DNA of 34,179 bases, filler included, from Thermoplasmatota archaeon (lineage in GTDB: Archaea; Thermoplasmatota; E2; JACPAO01; JAHFTW01), in NCBI GenBank assembly GCA_041623215.1. It is 18 parts of 18 records of this genome, joined end to end, with 100 filler letters (N's around TTAATTAATTAA, not from the genome) between each part and the next. Parts side by side here need not be neighbours in the genome. Positions count along the whole stretch, not along the records: positions 10,725 to 12,639 come from JBFJXH010000211.1; positions 12,740 to 14,620 come from JBFJXH010000212.1; positions 14,721 to 16,580 come from JBFJXH010000213.1; positions 16,681 to 18,496 come from JBFJXH010000214.1; positions 18,597 to 20,397 come from JBFJXH010000215.1; 13 more parts are not named here. One strand, given 5' to 3'. Position 1 is the first letter of the stretch. Every line of letters starts with the position of its first letter. This document shows, one piece after another, positions 10,725 to 20,497 of the stretch. The notes below the pieces were generated by a model that saw only the letters and a program-made list of their open reading frames with translations, ran no database searches and had not been told where the DNA came from. Made by a program: the position numbers and the translations under genes.

Positions 10725-11078
10725 GTACCGATGCTGGGCGTATGTCTGGGCATGCAGGGCATGGCCCATTGGACCGGAGGGCGAGTCGCTCCTGCCCCAA
10801 CCGTGGTGCATGGCGAAGCGAGCCGAATCGCGCTTGGCGCATCTCCGCTGTGGGTCGGGCTCCCCGAGGCCATCGATGTTGGGCGCTACCATAGCCTGGT
10901 CGTAGACGGCGCGACTCTCCCGGATGACTGGCAAGTCACCGCAACCACGCAACATGGCACTGTGATGGCGATGGACCACAAGCGCCTGCCGTGGCACGGC
11001 GTCCAGTTTCACCCCGAAAGCATCCTGACGCCCGATGGCCAAACGATCATCGGCAATTTCCTGGAGTCCCTACCATGA
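10725..11078 (+). CDS. trpG: Anthranilate synthase component II / glutamine amidotransferase (5' truncated)
   Basis: PMLGVCLGMQ, VVHGEAS, GRYHSLVV, GVQFHPES; its stop overlaps the trpD start (ATGA). Confidence 0.92.
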   Translation, partial: VPMLGVCLGMQGMAHWTGGRVAPAPTVVHGEASRIALGASPLWVGLPEAIDVGRYHSLVVDGATLPDDWQVTATTQHGTVMAMDHKRLPWHGVQFHPESILTPDGQTIIGNFLESLP

Positions 11079-12172
11079 GCGCGCGCAAGCCAAGTGAAAC
11101 AGTGCCCTTGCGAAACGGTCGCGCGGGCGGCGACTTTTCCCATATCCTCGAACAGTTGCTTGCTCGCAGTCCATTGACGGAGCAGCAGGCGTACGATTTG
11201 TTTGACACTCTCTTTGATGGCAACCTTCCGCCGGAGCGCCTGGCGGCCTGCCTCGCGGCCATCGCGACCCGCCCAGTGGCGCCCGATGAGTTGGTGGGAT
11301 TTGCGCGAGCCATGCGCCATCACGCGGTCCGTTGTGAAGCGCCGCCCGGCGTCGCACTCGACAATTGCGGCACAGGCGGTGCACCCCGGAAGACCTTCAA
11401 CATCAGCACGGCGGCTGCGTTCGTCTTGGCAGGTGACGGGATTTTTGTGGCGAAGCACGGGAATCGTTCCGTCACCCGACCCAGTGGCAGCGCGGACGTG
11501 CTGGAAGCGGCGGGCGCGCGTCTGGACCTCACCCCGGCGCAGGCGCAGGCGGTGCTGGCTGATGCGGGCATTTCGTTCCTGTTTGCCCCAACCTTCCACC
11601 CGGCCATGCGATTTGCCGGCCCGGTCCGTGCTGCCCTCGGGGTGAAGACCGTCTTCAACCTGCTTGGCCCGCTCGCCAACCCTGTGCTTGTTGAACGGCA
11701 AGTCGTCGGCGTGTACCACCCGGACTTGGTCCGCCCGGTGGCTGAGGCGCTGGCTCGCCTCGGCTGCAAGGAAGGATTCGTCATCCACGGCCTAGACGCC
11801 GACGGCCAGCCGGGCTTCGATGAGGCCACACCGTGCGGCCCGGTGGTCATGGCTCGCATTCGCGCTGGAGAGGTCGAGCCGGTCGGAACATGGAATCCCG
11901 TATCGGAAGGCTTGGTGGAGCCACGGACGCCCGAGGAGATTTGCGCGGTGTCCAAAGCAGAAGCGAGCCAGCTTTTCCTGGACCTTCTGGCTGGCACCGC
12001 GAACGAAGCGGCAACCGAGACTGTGGTCCTAAACGTGGCACTGGGCTTGGTGGCTGCTGGACGTTTCAGCCATCCGTCTGAGGCGGTGCCGCGAGCCACG
12101 GAACTCTTGCGCGACGGGGTCGGCAAGGCCAAATGGCACGCCTTTGTCGAAGCAACCCAGAGGCTTGCATGA
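11075..12172 (+). CDS. trpD: Anthranilate phosphoribosyltransferase
   Basis: DNCGTGG, TFNISTAAAFV, KHGNRSVT..SGSADVLE, FLFAPTFHPAM, TVFNLLGPLANP, GFDE. ATG at 11075. Confidence 0.96.
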   Translation: MSARKPSETVPLRNGRAGGDFSHILEQLLARSPLTEQQAYDLFDTLFDGNLPPERLAACLAAIATRPVAPDELVGFARAMRHHAVRCEAPPGVALDNCGTGGAPRKTFNISTAAAFVLAGDGIFVAKHGNRSVTRPSGSADVLEAAGARLDLTPAQAQAVLADAGISFLFAPTFHPAMRFAGPVRAALGVKTVFNLLGPLANPVLVERQVVGVYHPDLVRPVAEALARLGCKEGFVIHGLDADGQPGFDEATPCGPVVMARIRAGEVEPVGTWNPVSEGLVEPRTPEEICAVSKAEASQLFLDLLAGTANEAATETVVLNVALGLVAAGRFSHPSEAVPRATELLRDGVGKAKWHAFVEATQRLA

Positions 12173-12639
12173 GCGACGACAGCGGACAACCAGCAGCGGG
12201 TGCCGGCGCACCCGAAGGCGACGGGCAACCAACGGTCGGCGGCGGGGGCGGCGCAGGCGAAAAGCCGGCAATTCTGCAAGAATCGGTCTTCGTCGTGGAA
12301 GAGTCCTGGCTCTACAAGCTAGCACGAACGCTCAGCATCTGGCTCAACAAGTTATTCTTCAGCAGCCTTGTTCTGTTGGCCGTGTGGTTGGCGATTGGCG
12401 ATCCGCAATGCGTTGAAACGGTCAACGTAGCAACGGCACCCAACGGCACGAGCTATGATGACGGAATCAAGGAACAATGCAGCGTTTTCCTAAGTGACAC
12501 GGCGCGTTTCCTGGGAGGTGCGGCCATCATTAGTTTCATCCTGAGCATCGCCTTTGGTGGTTTGGGGCTCATCGTCGGCAAGAACATCTTCGAAACCACG
12601 CGCACGGAGGACGAAGCAGGCGCCGAAGAAGCGGTGGAC
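12169..12639 (+). CDS. Hypothetical 2-TM membrane protein (3' truncated)
   Basis: ATGA overlap with the trpD stop. Two hydrophobic helices flank a loop with two cysteines (QC...QC). Confidence 0.65.
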
Positions 12640-12739
12640 NNNNNNNNNNNNNNNNNNNNNNNNNNNNNNNNNNNNNNNNNNNNTTAATTAATTAANNNNN
12701 NNNNNNNNNNNNNNNNNNNNNNNNNNNNNNNNNNNNNNN

Positions 12740-14620
12740 GCCAAGTGGCGCCGTTTGCACGCTGATGAAGTAGGTGTCATCCTGGGTACCTTGGTTGTGG
12801 ATGGTGAAAGGCACACGGCTCGGGACGCCTTGGGTTACACTGATGGCGGTGGCGTGGAGCGTCGGGATGAAGTCGTAGGCACCAATGATGCGCGCCGTGA
12901 CCTTCTGGGTGTCCACGTGGGAGCTGCGCCCGTTCACTTGGGCCGCTACTGTGACATCGTGGCGGTCACCGATTTCGGCGTCGGCCGGCGGCGTCAAGCG
13001 GGCAATGAAGGCCACTTCATCGTAGATGCCGAGGCGGCAGTTCCAGGTGCGCTCGGAGGCGTCCGTTGCAGCGCAGTTCACGCCGGTGGGGATGCGTTCC
13101 GAGACGGCCAACTTGTGCGTCCAGCCGTCGGTTCCAATCGGGATGCTGATGGTGACATCGCTGATTTCGTTGCCCGTGTTGATGGCACGAAGGCGGAACG
13201 GAACGGGGGCCAGCGTCTCGATGCTGGAGGTTCGCACCGCCTTGGCGTTGTTGTCCATTTCAATGGTGACGCCGTGGAAGGCGCTGGGGTAGAATGAGTC
13301 GGCGGGGTCGAAGGTTTCTCCGCGGCCCTTGACGGTTGGAATGAGGTCAATGGTGTCAACGACGGTTCCGTCGTTGGCGCTGCGGGCTGTGATGCGGTAC
13401 TTCCCTACTAGGCTAGCCGCCTGGCTGTTGCCAATAGCTGGGCAGGCGTCGGCGATGTAGCCGAGCTCAATGAACTGATATGTGGTCGCGCCGGGAGGCT
13501 GGGTAAGCTTGGCCAATTCTCGGATTCCTGGTTGATCATTGTCTGGCATGATGCCTGTCGGCGGGAATTGGTATCGCCAGCCGTCTGGGACCCCGTTGCC
13601 GGTGGGGTCGCCTCCGGCGCACCCGGCGCGGTCGGTGCCAAACCCGCGAATCCAGGAGCCTTGCAGGGTAAAGGTGTCCTCGCGGTCGCCGCTGTTGGTT
13701 ACGGGAATCCTGAAAACGGAGGTGACATCTTCTCGCTCGTCGGGCTCGAAGCCGATGGCCGTTGGATTACTTGCGGCGCAGCTCGTCACTTGGAAAGCGC
13801 ACTGAGCGGCGCCGGCTCCACGCATGTGTCGCTCAGCAGTGCCAAAGACATCCAAGTCAACCCCAGTCCGGACGTTGATTTGCATGGGAATCAGCAGACT
13901 TTGCTGGTCGCCGCCGTGGTCGAGGCCTTGCGCGCGAACGGAGAGAACACAGCGTTCGGCAGCGGGCGTGTTGCTGGGCGGTGTTACCTGGACGATGACG
14001 TCGTGGCGGCTCTGGCTGGGGATGCGCGCGGTGGCGCTGTCCATGCCGAGGCCCCAGGTTTCGCAGCTGTTCTGGTCGGTGCTACCGTGGGCGGCGACGG
14101 TGACGATGAAGGAGTCCTGGCGAAGGCCCGTGTTGCGAAGCGTTACGGGCACAGCGTTGACGATGCCGGGTCGAACATCCACGACGGATTGAGCGGTGGA
14201 GAGGGCAACGCCGGGGCGAGCGTCAGCCTCGCTCACAATGTTGGTGATGATGGTCGCCGTGCGGATGTCGTTACCCGTGCTGACGGCCGTGAGCACAATC
14301 TTGCCTTGGTCGCCTACTTGGGCGCTCTGGGACGGCGTCACGGTGACGCGAACGTCTTGGTAGTCGCCGGGGGCAACTTGGAAGCCGGTCTCTGAGAGTT
14401 TCGCGGTCCATCCGGCCGGAGCAGGGCGCAAGGCTAGGCTCACGTGGTCAGAGATGCTGCCGTTGTTGTACAGGCGCACGGTGAACTCCGTCGGCTCGCC
14501 TGGCAAGGCCTTGTGGACGAGGCTGCCGCCGGGCGCGGCCGCCATGCCGAAGTCCAACGTGGCAACGTTGAAGCGGTGGCCAACGACCCACGGGTTCACG
14601 TGGGTTTGGGGCTGGTAGAA
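12740..14620 (-). CDS. Large surface protein with tandem COG1470/NPCBM-associated Ig-like repeats, truncated at both ends
   Basis: Repeated units xxNxGxxxDxh...GW...hxPG...hxVTP (YNNGSISD, LRNTGLRQD, VTNSGDRED, INTGNEISD, IHNQGTQDD). Confidence 0.8.
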
Positions 14621-14720
14621 NNNNNNNNNNNNNNNNNNNNNNNNNNNNNNNNNNNNNNNNNNNNTTAATTAATTAANNNNNNNNNNNNNNNNNNNNNNNN
14701 NNNNNNNNNNNNNNNNNNNN

Positions 14721-14783
14721 AGCGGCCAATCATTCAGGACTCTCACTCCTGCGACCCGGGTTCAAATCCCGGCGGGAGCACCA
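14721..14783 (+). tRNA. tRNA-Glu(CTC), 5' end cut by the contig edge, CCA encoded
   Basis: D-loop remnant AGCGGCCAATCAT; anticodon arm CAGGA-CT-CTC-AC-TCCTG; T-arm CCGGG-TTCAAAT-CCCGG; 3' end CGGGAGC-A-CCA. Confidence 0.93.
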
Positions 14784-14833
14784 TTGGTTCTTGTGTTGTT
14801 GTTGTGGGTTTCGAAAGGGGCGTAGCCCCTTCG
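14784..14833 (+). terminator. T-rich tract plus hairpin downstream of tRNA-Glu
   Basis: TTGGTTCTTGTGTTGTTGTTGTGGGTTT followed by CGAAAGGGGC-GTA-GCCCCTTCG (9-bp stem, one bulge). Confidence 0.45.
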
Positions 14834-14847
14834 CATGGCTGCCGGTG

Positions 14848-14875
14848 CTGCGACCCGGGTTCAAATCCCGGCGGG
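14848..14875 (+). repeat. 28-bp exact direct repeat of the tRNA-Glu 3' half
   Basis: CTGCGACCCGGGTTCAAATCCCGGCGGG occurs at 14749-14776 and 14848-14875. Confidence 0.95.
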
Positions 14876-14930
14876 CACCCGTTTTCCTCTATCGGAACAC
14901 CTAATATCTGCTCGACGCACGTTGTTCTTG

Positions 14931-16580
14931 GTGGTAGCCCGCAGCATCCCCCTTCTGGCCGCGCTCTTGCTAGCGTTGCCGTTGGCCGGCGCCGACCTAG
15001 TTGATGATGCCGGCATGCAGACTTCTGCCCTTCATCGGCCGGCGAATAATTTGGGCTGCCAGTGGACCGACGTATCTGCCACTACTGGCTGCGAGCGCTG
15101 GCAGCAGGCTGTGCCCTTGGCCGGCGTTGGCGGCGTGACTGCCATGGCGGTGGACGAGTTTGGGGACAGGGTATTTGTTGCAATTACGCAGGCGGCTGGA
15201 GGGCGTTCGGCGGGCATCATTGCCTATCAGGCTTCGACCGGGCAGGTGTTGACATCCGTCAGTTTGCCCGGAGCGTATGCGGCTACCTACCCCGAGGTCG
15301 AGATTAATGACCTCGTGTATGCGAACGGCCGCTTGTATGCGGCGGGCGGGGCCAAGTCAGCCGGCGGCGATTGGGATGGATTGGTTACTGCGTTCTGGTT
15401 CCCTTCGACCGGTCAGATGCAATTGGCGTGGCACTATGACCACGGCAGTGGCGCGGCCTTCGGGTCGTTCCAAGCCATCGAAGTCGGGGTTCCCGTTGCT
15501 GGCACCGAGGGCCAGCGCTTGTTTGCAACGGGGCGGGATGGCTCGCCGTTTCAGGTGATGACCGTTGCCCTAGATGACCTTGGCACGAGTTACGGTGTTG
15601 CGTGGTCCGACACCCGGACTGACATTCCGCAAGGCCGGGGACGGGTCGTGGCGGTGGACCCCGATGGCTGGGGAGGGTTCCATCAACCGGCACGCGTCTT
15701 CGTCGGCGCGGTTGGCCTTGATCCCAACCCGCAAAGTGGCGGCAACACAGGCCAGGATTTCTTCGTCGTCGCCTATGAACAAGCGACGGGCGCTTTGCAG
15801 TTTATCGCGCAAGATGGGCATACGGGCACGGAGGAACTTACGGCCGTTGCGTCTAACGGCAACATCGTCTTTGCTGGGGGGTATACGCGACCCGAAAGTG
15901 GGCAGCCACGCCTTGACGCTCGCCTTACGGCGTTCCACTCGTTCAAGCCAAACCCCGCCCTGGACGGCGCGATCAAGTATTCCCGTGAGCCAGGCAGTGT
16001 CAGTGGCGAACCGCTTGGCGAGTGCTTTGAAGGCCTGATGGACTTGCAAGTGCGAACGTCCCAAGTGGTGTTGGCCATGGCAGCGGAATCGGCGGGTGCC
16101 TGTCCGCAAGCGCTGAAGGACCTGCCAGAGGAGGGCGCGGGCTTGGAGCGAGGTGCCATTGGCCAAGATTACCTAGTGGCTGCGTACCAAGCGAACACGG
16201 GAAGCCCTGATTGGATTACCCGCAACGCATTCTATCCCGGCCAAGGGGTGGGTGACGATGTGCCCTTCTCGATTGCACTCGACCCAAGTTCGCAGCGGGT
16301 CTATGTGGCGGGTGTCAGCGCGAGCGTGCTAACTGGCGGCGACGATTTGGCCGTGGTGGCCGTGGACGGTTTGTCCGGCATCGTGCAAGGCGATGTCCGG
16401 CATCGCCGCGAACCGGGCCAGCAAACCATGCAAATTGACACCATGTCCTGGAATCCTGCGTATCTGGCAATTCGACCACAAGTGATTGTGAGCCCAAACG
16501 GCCGTCAAGTGTTTTCGTCGGCGACGTTCCTGGATGACCTGGGTCAGGCGACGGCCGTGACCGTTTCGTTTGACCGGGAC
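14931..16580 (+). CDS. Secreted beta-propeller repeat protein (3' truncated)
   Basis: GTG at 14931 with TAATAT at 14902-14907; signal peptide RSIPLLAALLLALPLAGA; repeated blades (hAYxAxTG, DxhVxA, RVFVxG). Confidence 0.7.
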
Positions 16581-16756
16581 NNNNNNNNNNNNNNNNNNNN
16601 NNNNNNNNNNNNNNNNNNNNNNNNTTAATTAATTAANNNNNNNNNNNNNNNNNNNNNNNNNNNNNNNNNNNNNNNNNNNNCCGGCAACCATGGATTGGGA
16701 CTGGCGGCCGCGGGCAAAGCCGTTTTCACTAAGTGGACCGCCATGGTACTAGCTGT

Positions 16757-17524
16757 ATGGGCATCCTTGAAACCACGCTACTGGCGGTGATTCCAGCCGC
16801 AGTTGGGTTGTGGGCCGTAAGTCTCGTAAGCAAGGATGCGAGCATCATGGACGTGGCGTGGGGGCCATTGTTCGTCTTGGTGACGGGCGTGGCCACGTGG
16901 CAAGGATCAGGGGACATTGGCCGGGTTTTGTTGGTGCTGCTGCTGGTCTCGGTGTGGGCGTTTCGGCTCGCCTTGCACATTGGCCGGCGCAACCAGGCTG
17001 AGGATCCGCGCTACGCCGCCTGGCGGGAAACCTACGGTCGCCACTGGTGGTGGCGCAGCCTGTTTCAGGTGTTCTTGCTCCAGGCGCTGCTGTTGTCGGT
17101 CATCGCCCAGCCCCTGCTGTGGAGCGTGACCTATCAAGGCCGCAGCCCCGGACTCACCTGGATTGACGGCATCGGGGTCGCCGTCTTTGTCACCGGGCTG
17201 CTCATTGAGGCAATTGCAGACCGGCAACTGGCTCGGCACGTAGCCGACGAGGCGACGCGTGGTACCTTGCTGCAAACGGGCCTCTGGGCTCGCAGCCGCC
17301 ACCCCAACTACTTCGGCGAAGCCCTGCTATGGTGGGGCCTTGGCATCATCGCACTCAACATCCCTGGCGGCTGGATTACGCTTGTTGGGCCGTTGCTTCT
17401 AACCTACCTGCTGCGATTTGTTAGCGGCGTCCCCATGACGGAAGCGCGCATGGCGACCAAGCCCGGTTGGGCAGAATACGCGGCGAAAACGCCCGCCTTC
17501 GTGCCAAGGCTGCTCAAGCGGTGA
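16757..17524 (+). CDS. DUF1295 family membrane protein (steroid 5-alpha-reductase-like)
   Basis: DASIMDVAWG, WAFRLALHI, EDPRY, FQVFLLQA, EAIADRQL, TGLWARSRHPNYFGEALLWWG, VSGVPMTE. Confidence 0.9.
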   Translation: MGILETTLLAVIPAAVGLWAVSLVSKDASIMDVAWGPLFVLVTGVATWQGSGDIGRVLLVLLLVSVWAFRLALHIGRRNQAEDPRYAAWRETYGRHWWWRSLFQVFLLQALLLSVIAQPLLWSVTYQGRSPGLTWIDGIGVAVFVTGLLIEAIADRQLARHVADEATRGTLLQTGLWARSRHPNYFGEALLWWGLGIIALNIPGGWITLVGPLLLTYLLRFVSGVPMTEARMATKPGWAEYAAKTPAFVPRLLKR

Positions 17525-18233
17525 CCGTCTTGTCGGGCTTGGACTTGCTGCGCATCACGACGCCGCCCTTGCCAGGCTTCTTGGCATTGCGAAGAAATGG
17601 CAAGCCAGTACGTTCGTTCACGCCCACTTCCTTACCATCGGGAAGGGCACTCGGATAGCCGCTCTTGGGCGCCTTGCCCTTACGGCAGAAGAACCAGATG
17701 CGCTGCTCCCGGCCACCGTTTAGTTCCACCCGCCGCGTGTGCAAAACATAGATGCGCTCCCCAGACTGGAATTCAAACGGCCCCTCTTCGACCGGCGTTT
17801 CCTCAACGGCACCAAGTCGCGCCTGCAACATAGCGACCGACGCTGTAAGCCGCCTAGCTTCCTCTGCTTCCTCCGCGCGCTCCCTGGCCCGCGTCGCCTC
17901 CTCCTTGGCCAAGCGCTCCTCCAGCGACGCCACTTGGTCCGCCAAGGACGATGATAGTTGCTGCTCGCGATGCTTCAGCACATCCCACGAAGAGCGCATT
18001 ACGCCCAAGACAACCAGCATGACCAGCGTCAACATGCCCACCACCACAATCATGCCCAGCACCGCCTCCGACAAGGAGAACAGCCCCGGGCCAGCAAAGC
18101 CCTGCCAAGCCACAAACACGCCGCCCACAATGCCAACCACCACCCAGGCCAACAAAATGCGGAACCAAGTTTGCGCTTTCTCTACGCGGCGCGTTAAGCC
18201 AGCAGCGTCGTCCTGGACTGGTTGGTCAGCCAT
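17514..18233 (-). CDS. Hypothetical protein: 2 TM helices, coiled coil, small basic C-terminal domain
   Basis: MADQPVQDD start at 18233 (the longer track ORF would overlap tRNA-Met). Two TM helices, an E/R/A-rich heptad region, then YVLHTRRVELNGGREQRIWFF...LPDGKEVGVNERTGLPFLR. Confidence 0.7.
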   Translation of the reverse strand: MADQPVQDDAAGLTRRVEKAQTWFRILLAWVVVGIVGGVFVAWQGFAGPGLFSLSEAVLGMIVVVGMLTLVMLVVLGVMRSSWDVLKHREQQLSSSLADQVASLEERLAKEEATRARERAEEAEEARRLTASVAMLQARLGAVEETPVEEGPFEFQSGERIYVLHTRRVELNGGREQRIWFFCRKGKAPKSGYPSALPDGKEVGVNERTGLPFLRNAKKPGKGGVVMRSKSKPDKTVTA

Positions 18234-18333
18234 GGCTCGCAAGCGCATTGACGCTGTTTGAACCCTCCCGTGGCACCAAAGAGGCCATAAGGGCCACCCA
18301 AGTCGCACGGCTTGCGCCACGCGCACACCCTGT

Positions 18334-18408
18334 AGCGGGGTGGGGTAGCCAGGAGATCCCGGCGGGCTCATAACCCGCAGACCGGTGGTTCAAATCCACC
18401 CCCCGCTA
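18334..18408 (+). tRNA. Initiator tRNA-Met(CAT), archaeal type; CCA not encoded
   Basis: Acceptor stem AGCGGGG/CCCCGCT with A1-U72; anticodon arm GCGGG-CT-CAT-AA-CCCGC with three consecutive G-C pairs; T-arm GGTGG-TTCAAAT-CCACC. Confidence 0.96.
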
Positions 18409-18417
18409 CTCAACACG

Positions 18418-18444
18418 AAAGTGGCCTTTCTTGCGGGCCACTTT
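18418..18444 (+). terminator. Hairpin downstream of tRNA-iMet
   Basis: AAAGTGGCC-TTTCTTGCG-GGCCACTTT, a perfect 9-bp stem followed by GCTTTCC. Confidence 0.55.
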
Positions 18445-18596
18445 GCTTTCCGGGTCGATGGTGGTGGCCCTCGCGAGTAGCCGCGCTTGGCGGAGGNNNN
18501 NNNNNNNNNNNNNNNNNNNNNNNNNNNNNNNNNNNNNNNNTTAATTAATTAANNNNNNNNNNNNNNNNNNNNNNNNNNNNNNNNNNNNNNNNNNNN

Positions 18597-18702
18597 CGTT
18601 CGGACTGCCATCCGCCTCGGCCAAGCCGTCATTGTCCAAACAGCCAGCCAAGGCAAGCGCCAAGAAAATCCCAAGGACCGGCAAAGCACGTAGGTTACCC
18701 AT
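18597..18702 (-). CDS. Lipoprotein N-terminus (3' truncated)
   Basis: Read manually: MGNLRALPVLGIFLALALAGCLDNDG..., with lipobox LAGC. Confidence 0.7.
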
Positions 18703-18758
18703 GCGGCTTGATTGGCGGCTGCAGTCAAAGCCTTGCTGCCGTGGCCCGGGGCGGGAGC

Positions 18759-20294
18759 CTATTCGACGGGGACCTCACGTCGCTTCATGGTCGCGGCTGC
18801 CGCCAGCAAGAAGACGGCGGCAAGCCCCAGAACCCGCCAAACAGCGTTGCGGCCCTCAGCATGCGGCAGCAAGAGGACTCCTTCATCCAGCGGCCAATGC
18901 TGCAGGGCGTTGGCCAACTGGATACTGATGGTGAGGTTGCCTACACCTGGGACCATGAAGGGAACGATGGTCTCCCAACCAAGAACAAAGACCACACCCC
19001 AGAGGTACGGTCGCTCCACCAACGTCCCGAGGAAGACGAAGAACGCGCCATAGGCCAACAGCGCCAGTAGGCTGCCGATGAAAGGCGTCGTGAGGAAGCC
19101 AATGTCGCCACCGGGTAACTGAAACAGCAGCACAAACGCCAGGATGACGCCAATAACCACCGCCAGAGAGGCCAGCAATCCGCCGACCAGGAAGCGGCTC
19201 AGCGGAATCATCCACCTTGGAACGGGGCGGGTGAGCATGTACACTAGGTCCCCTTCTCGGCGGGGGTCAGCCAGCACGCCGACCGTGAACGCCATGGCGA
19301 TGAAGGGCACGACCACGCGCAATTGCAATTGGGCAAGGACGGTGATGTAGAACTCCTTGATGGTGAGGCGCGCAGGCGGATCGGGCGGGCTGGCAGTTTC
19401 ATCGACGACGGGCTGCACGACAACCGATTGATTGCGCTGATTATTGGCCGCAAAGGAATCGAACGCCGACGGCGGCGGAGCCACCGAGGCCTGCACCCAT
19501 CGAACGCCTTGCTGAGCCACCCAGGCAAGTTCTACTGTCTGCGCTTCGCCGGGCTGCAAGGAAAGTTGCTCGATGCGCTCGTCGGGGCCGAACAACTCAC
19601 CATTTGCCAGTGTGCCAAGGCGAATCGTGGCGGTTGCATTGGCCACCGCGTTGCTGCCCCGATTTTCAAACGTTGCACGAATTGTGACGCCGTCACCCGG
19701 CACCAGATTGGACGGCACCGTCAGCGCCGTTACGGCCAGGTCCACCGCCGTGGTACCATTGCCCGCCCAGGAATCTTGAACGGCCGGTTGGTCAGACCCG
19801 GACGGCGGGCGGTACTGCACCGCCAATTGTCGGACCCGCTGGTTGTTGAATTCATCCAGCTCTCCAATGGCGTCATCGGAATCGCTGTCCAGGACCACCC
19901 AGAAAACGCCAGCGCGAGCCGTCCAGTCCAGGCGAAGCTCGGCTTGCTCGCCCGGTGCCAAAGCCGGCAGTTCGGTGCGGTTTTGGCCGGACGCAGAAAC
20001 AAATGCGGCGCCGTCGGGGCCGGTGCTCAAGCTACCCACGGTGAGCGTGGCGTAAGCTGCTGGCACGGCCCTTTCCCCATCGTTGCGAATCACGCCAATG
20101 ATGGTGGTTTCGTCGCCTTGGACGATTCCGTCGTCAAACGAGATCTCCGCCGCGGCGACATCTGCCTGATGGGTGCCAAGCCAGGCACCAGCCAGGGCCA
20201 GCGGGAGCAGGGCTGCGAGGGTGGCCAAGGCAATTCCACGCTTGGTGGTCCAGGCTGCCAAGTCGGTCTTGAGAAGGGTCGTGAAGGTCTTCAT
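18759..20294 (-). CDS. ABC-2 type transporter permease with two inserted CARDB domains
   Basis: TM1, two CARDB-like units (ending ELDEFNN and DSFAANN), then the permease core DPRREGDLVYMLTRPVPRWMIPLSRF and further TM helices. Confidence 0.85.
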   Translation of the reverse strand: MKTFTTLLKTDLAAWTTKRGIALATLAALLPLALAGAWLGTHQADVAAAEISFDDGIVQGDETTIIGVIRNDGERAVPAAYATLTVGSLSTGPDGAAFVSASGQNRTELPALAPGEQAELRLDWTARAGVFWVVLDSDSDDAIGELDEFNNQRVRQLAVQYRPPSGSDQPAVQDSWAGNGTTAVDLAVTALTVPSNLVPGDGVTIRATFENRGSNAVANATATIRLGTLANGELFGPDERIEQLSLQPGEAQTVELAWVAQQGVRWVQASVAPPPSAFDSFAANNQRNQSVVVQPVVDETASPPDPPARLTIKEFYITVLAQLQLRVVVPFIAMAFTVGVLADPRREGDLVYMLTRPVPRWMIPLSRFLVGGLLASLAVVIGVILAFVLLFQLPGGDIGFLTTPFIGSLLALLAYGAFFVFLGTLVERPYLWGVVFVLGWETIVPFMVPGVGNLTISIQLANALQHWPLDEGVLLLPHAEGRNAVWRVLGLAAVFLLAAAATMKRREVPVE

Positions 20295-20397
20295 TTGCCC
20301 ACCACCAGGTAGCGGAACACCGCTTCCACGTCGTCGTCCAGATTCTCAATCGCTTCGAACGGCATCCCAGATTCCACGAGGAAATCTCGCAGGTGCA
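20291..20397 (-). CDS. C-terminal fragment, probably an ABC transporter ATP-binding subunit
   Basis: ...LVESGMPFEAIENLDDDVEAVFRYLVVGK*, resembling the LExVF tail of ABC-2 ATPases. ATGA overlap with the permease start. Confidence 0.6.
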
Positions 20398-20497
20398 NNN
20401 NNNNNNNNNNNNNNNNNNNNNNNNNNNNNNNNNNNNNNNNNTTAATTAATTAANNNNNNNNNNNNNNNNNNNNNNNNNNNNNNNNNNNNNNNNNNNN

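Noticed and set aside
14835..14930. ORF-track N-terminal extension of the propeller protein
   Set aside because: It runs through the tRNA-derived repeat; the signal peptide and TATA-like box favour the GTG at 14931.
18234..18371. ORF-track extension of the 17514 ORF to 18371
   Set aside because: It overlaps the initiator tRNA on the opposite strand, and its ATG is simply the reverse complement of the CAT anticodon.
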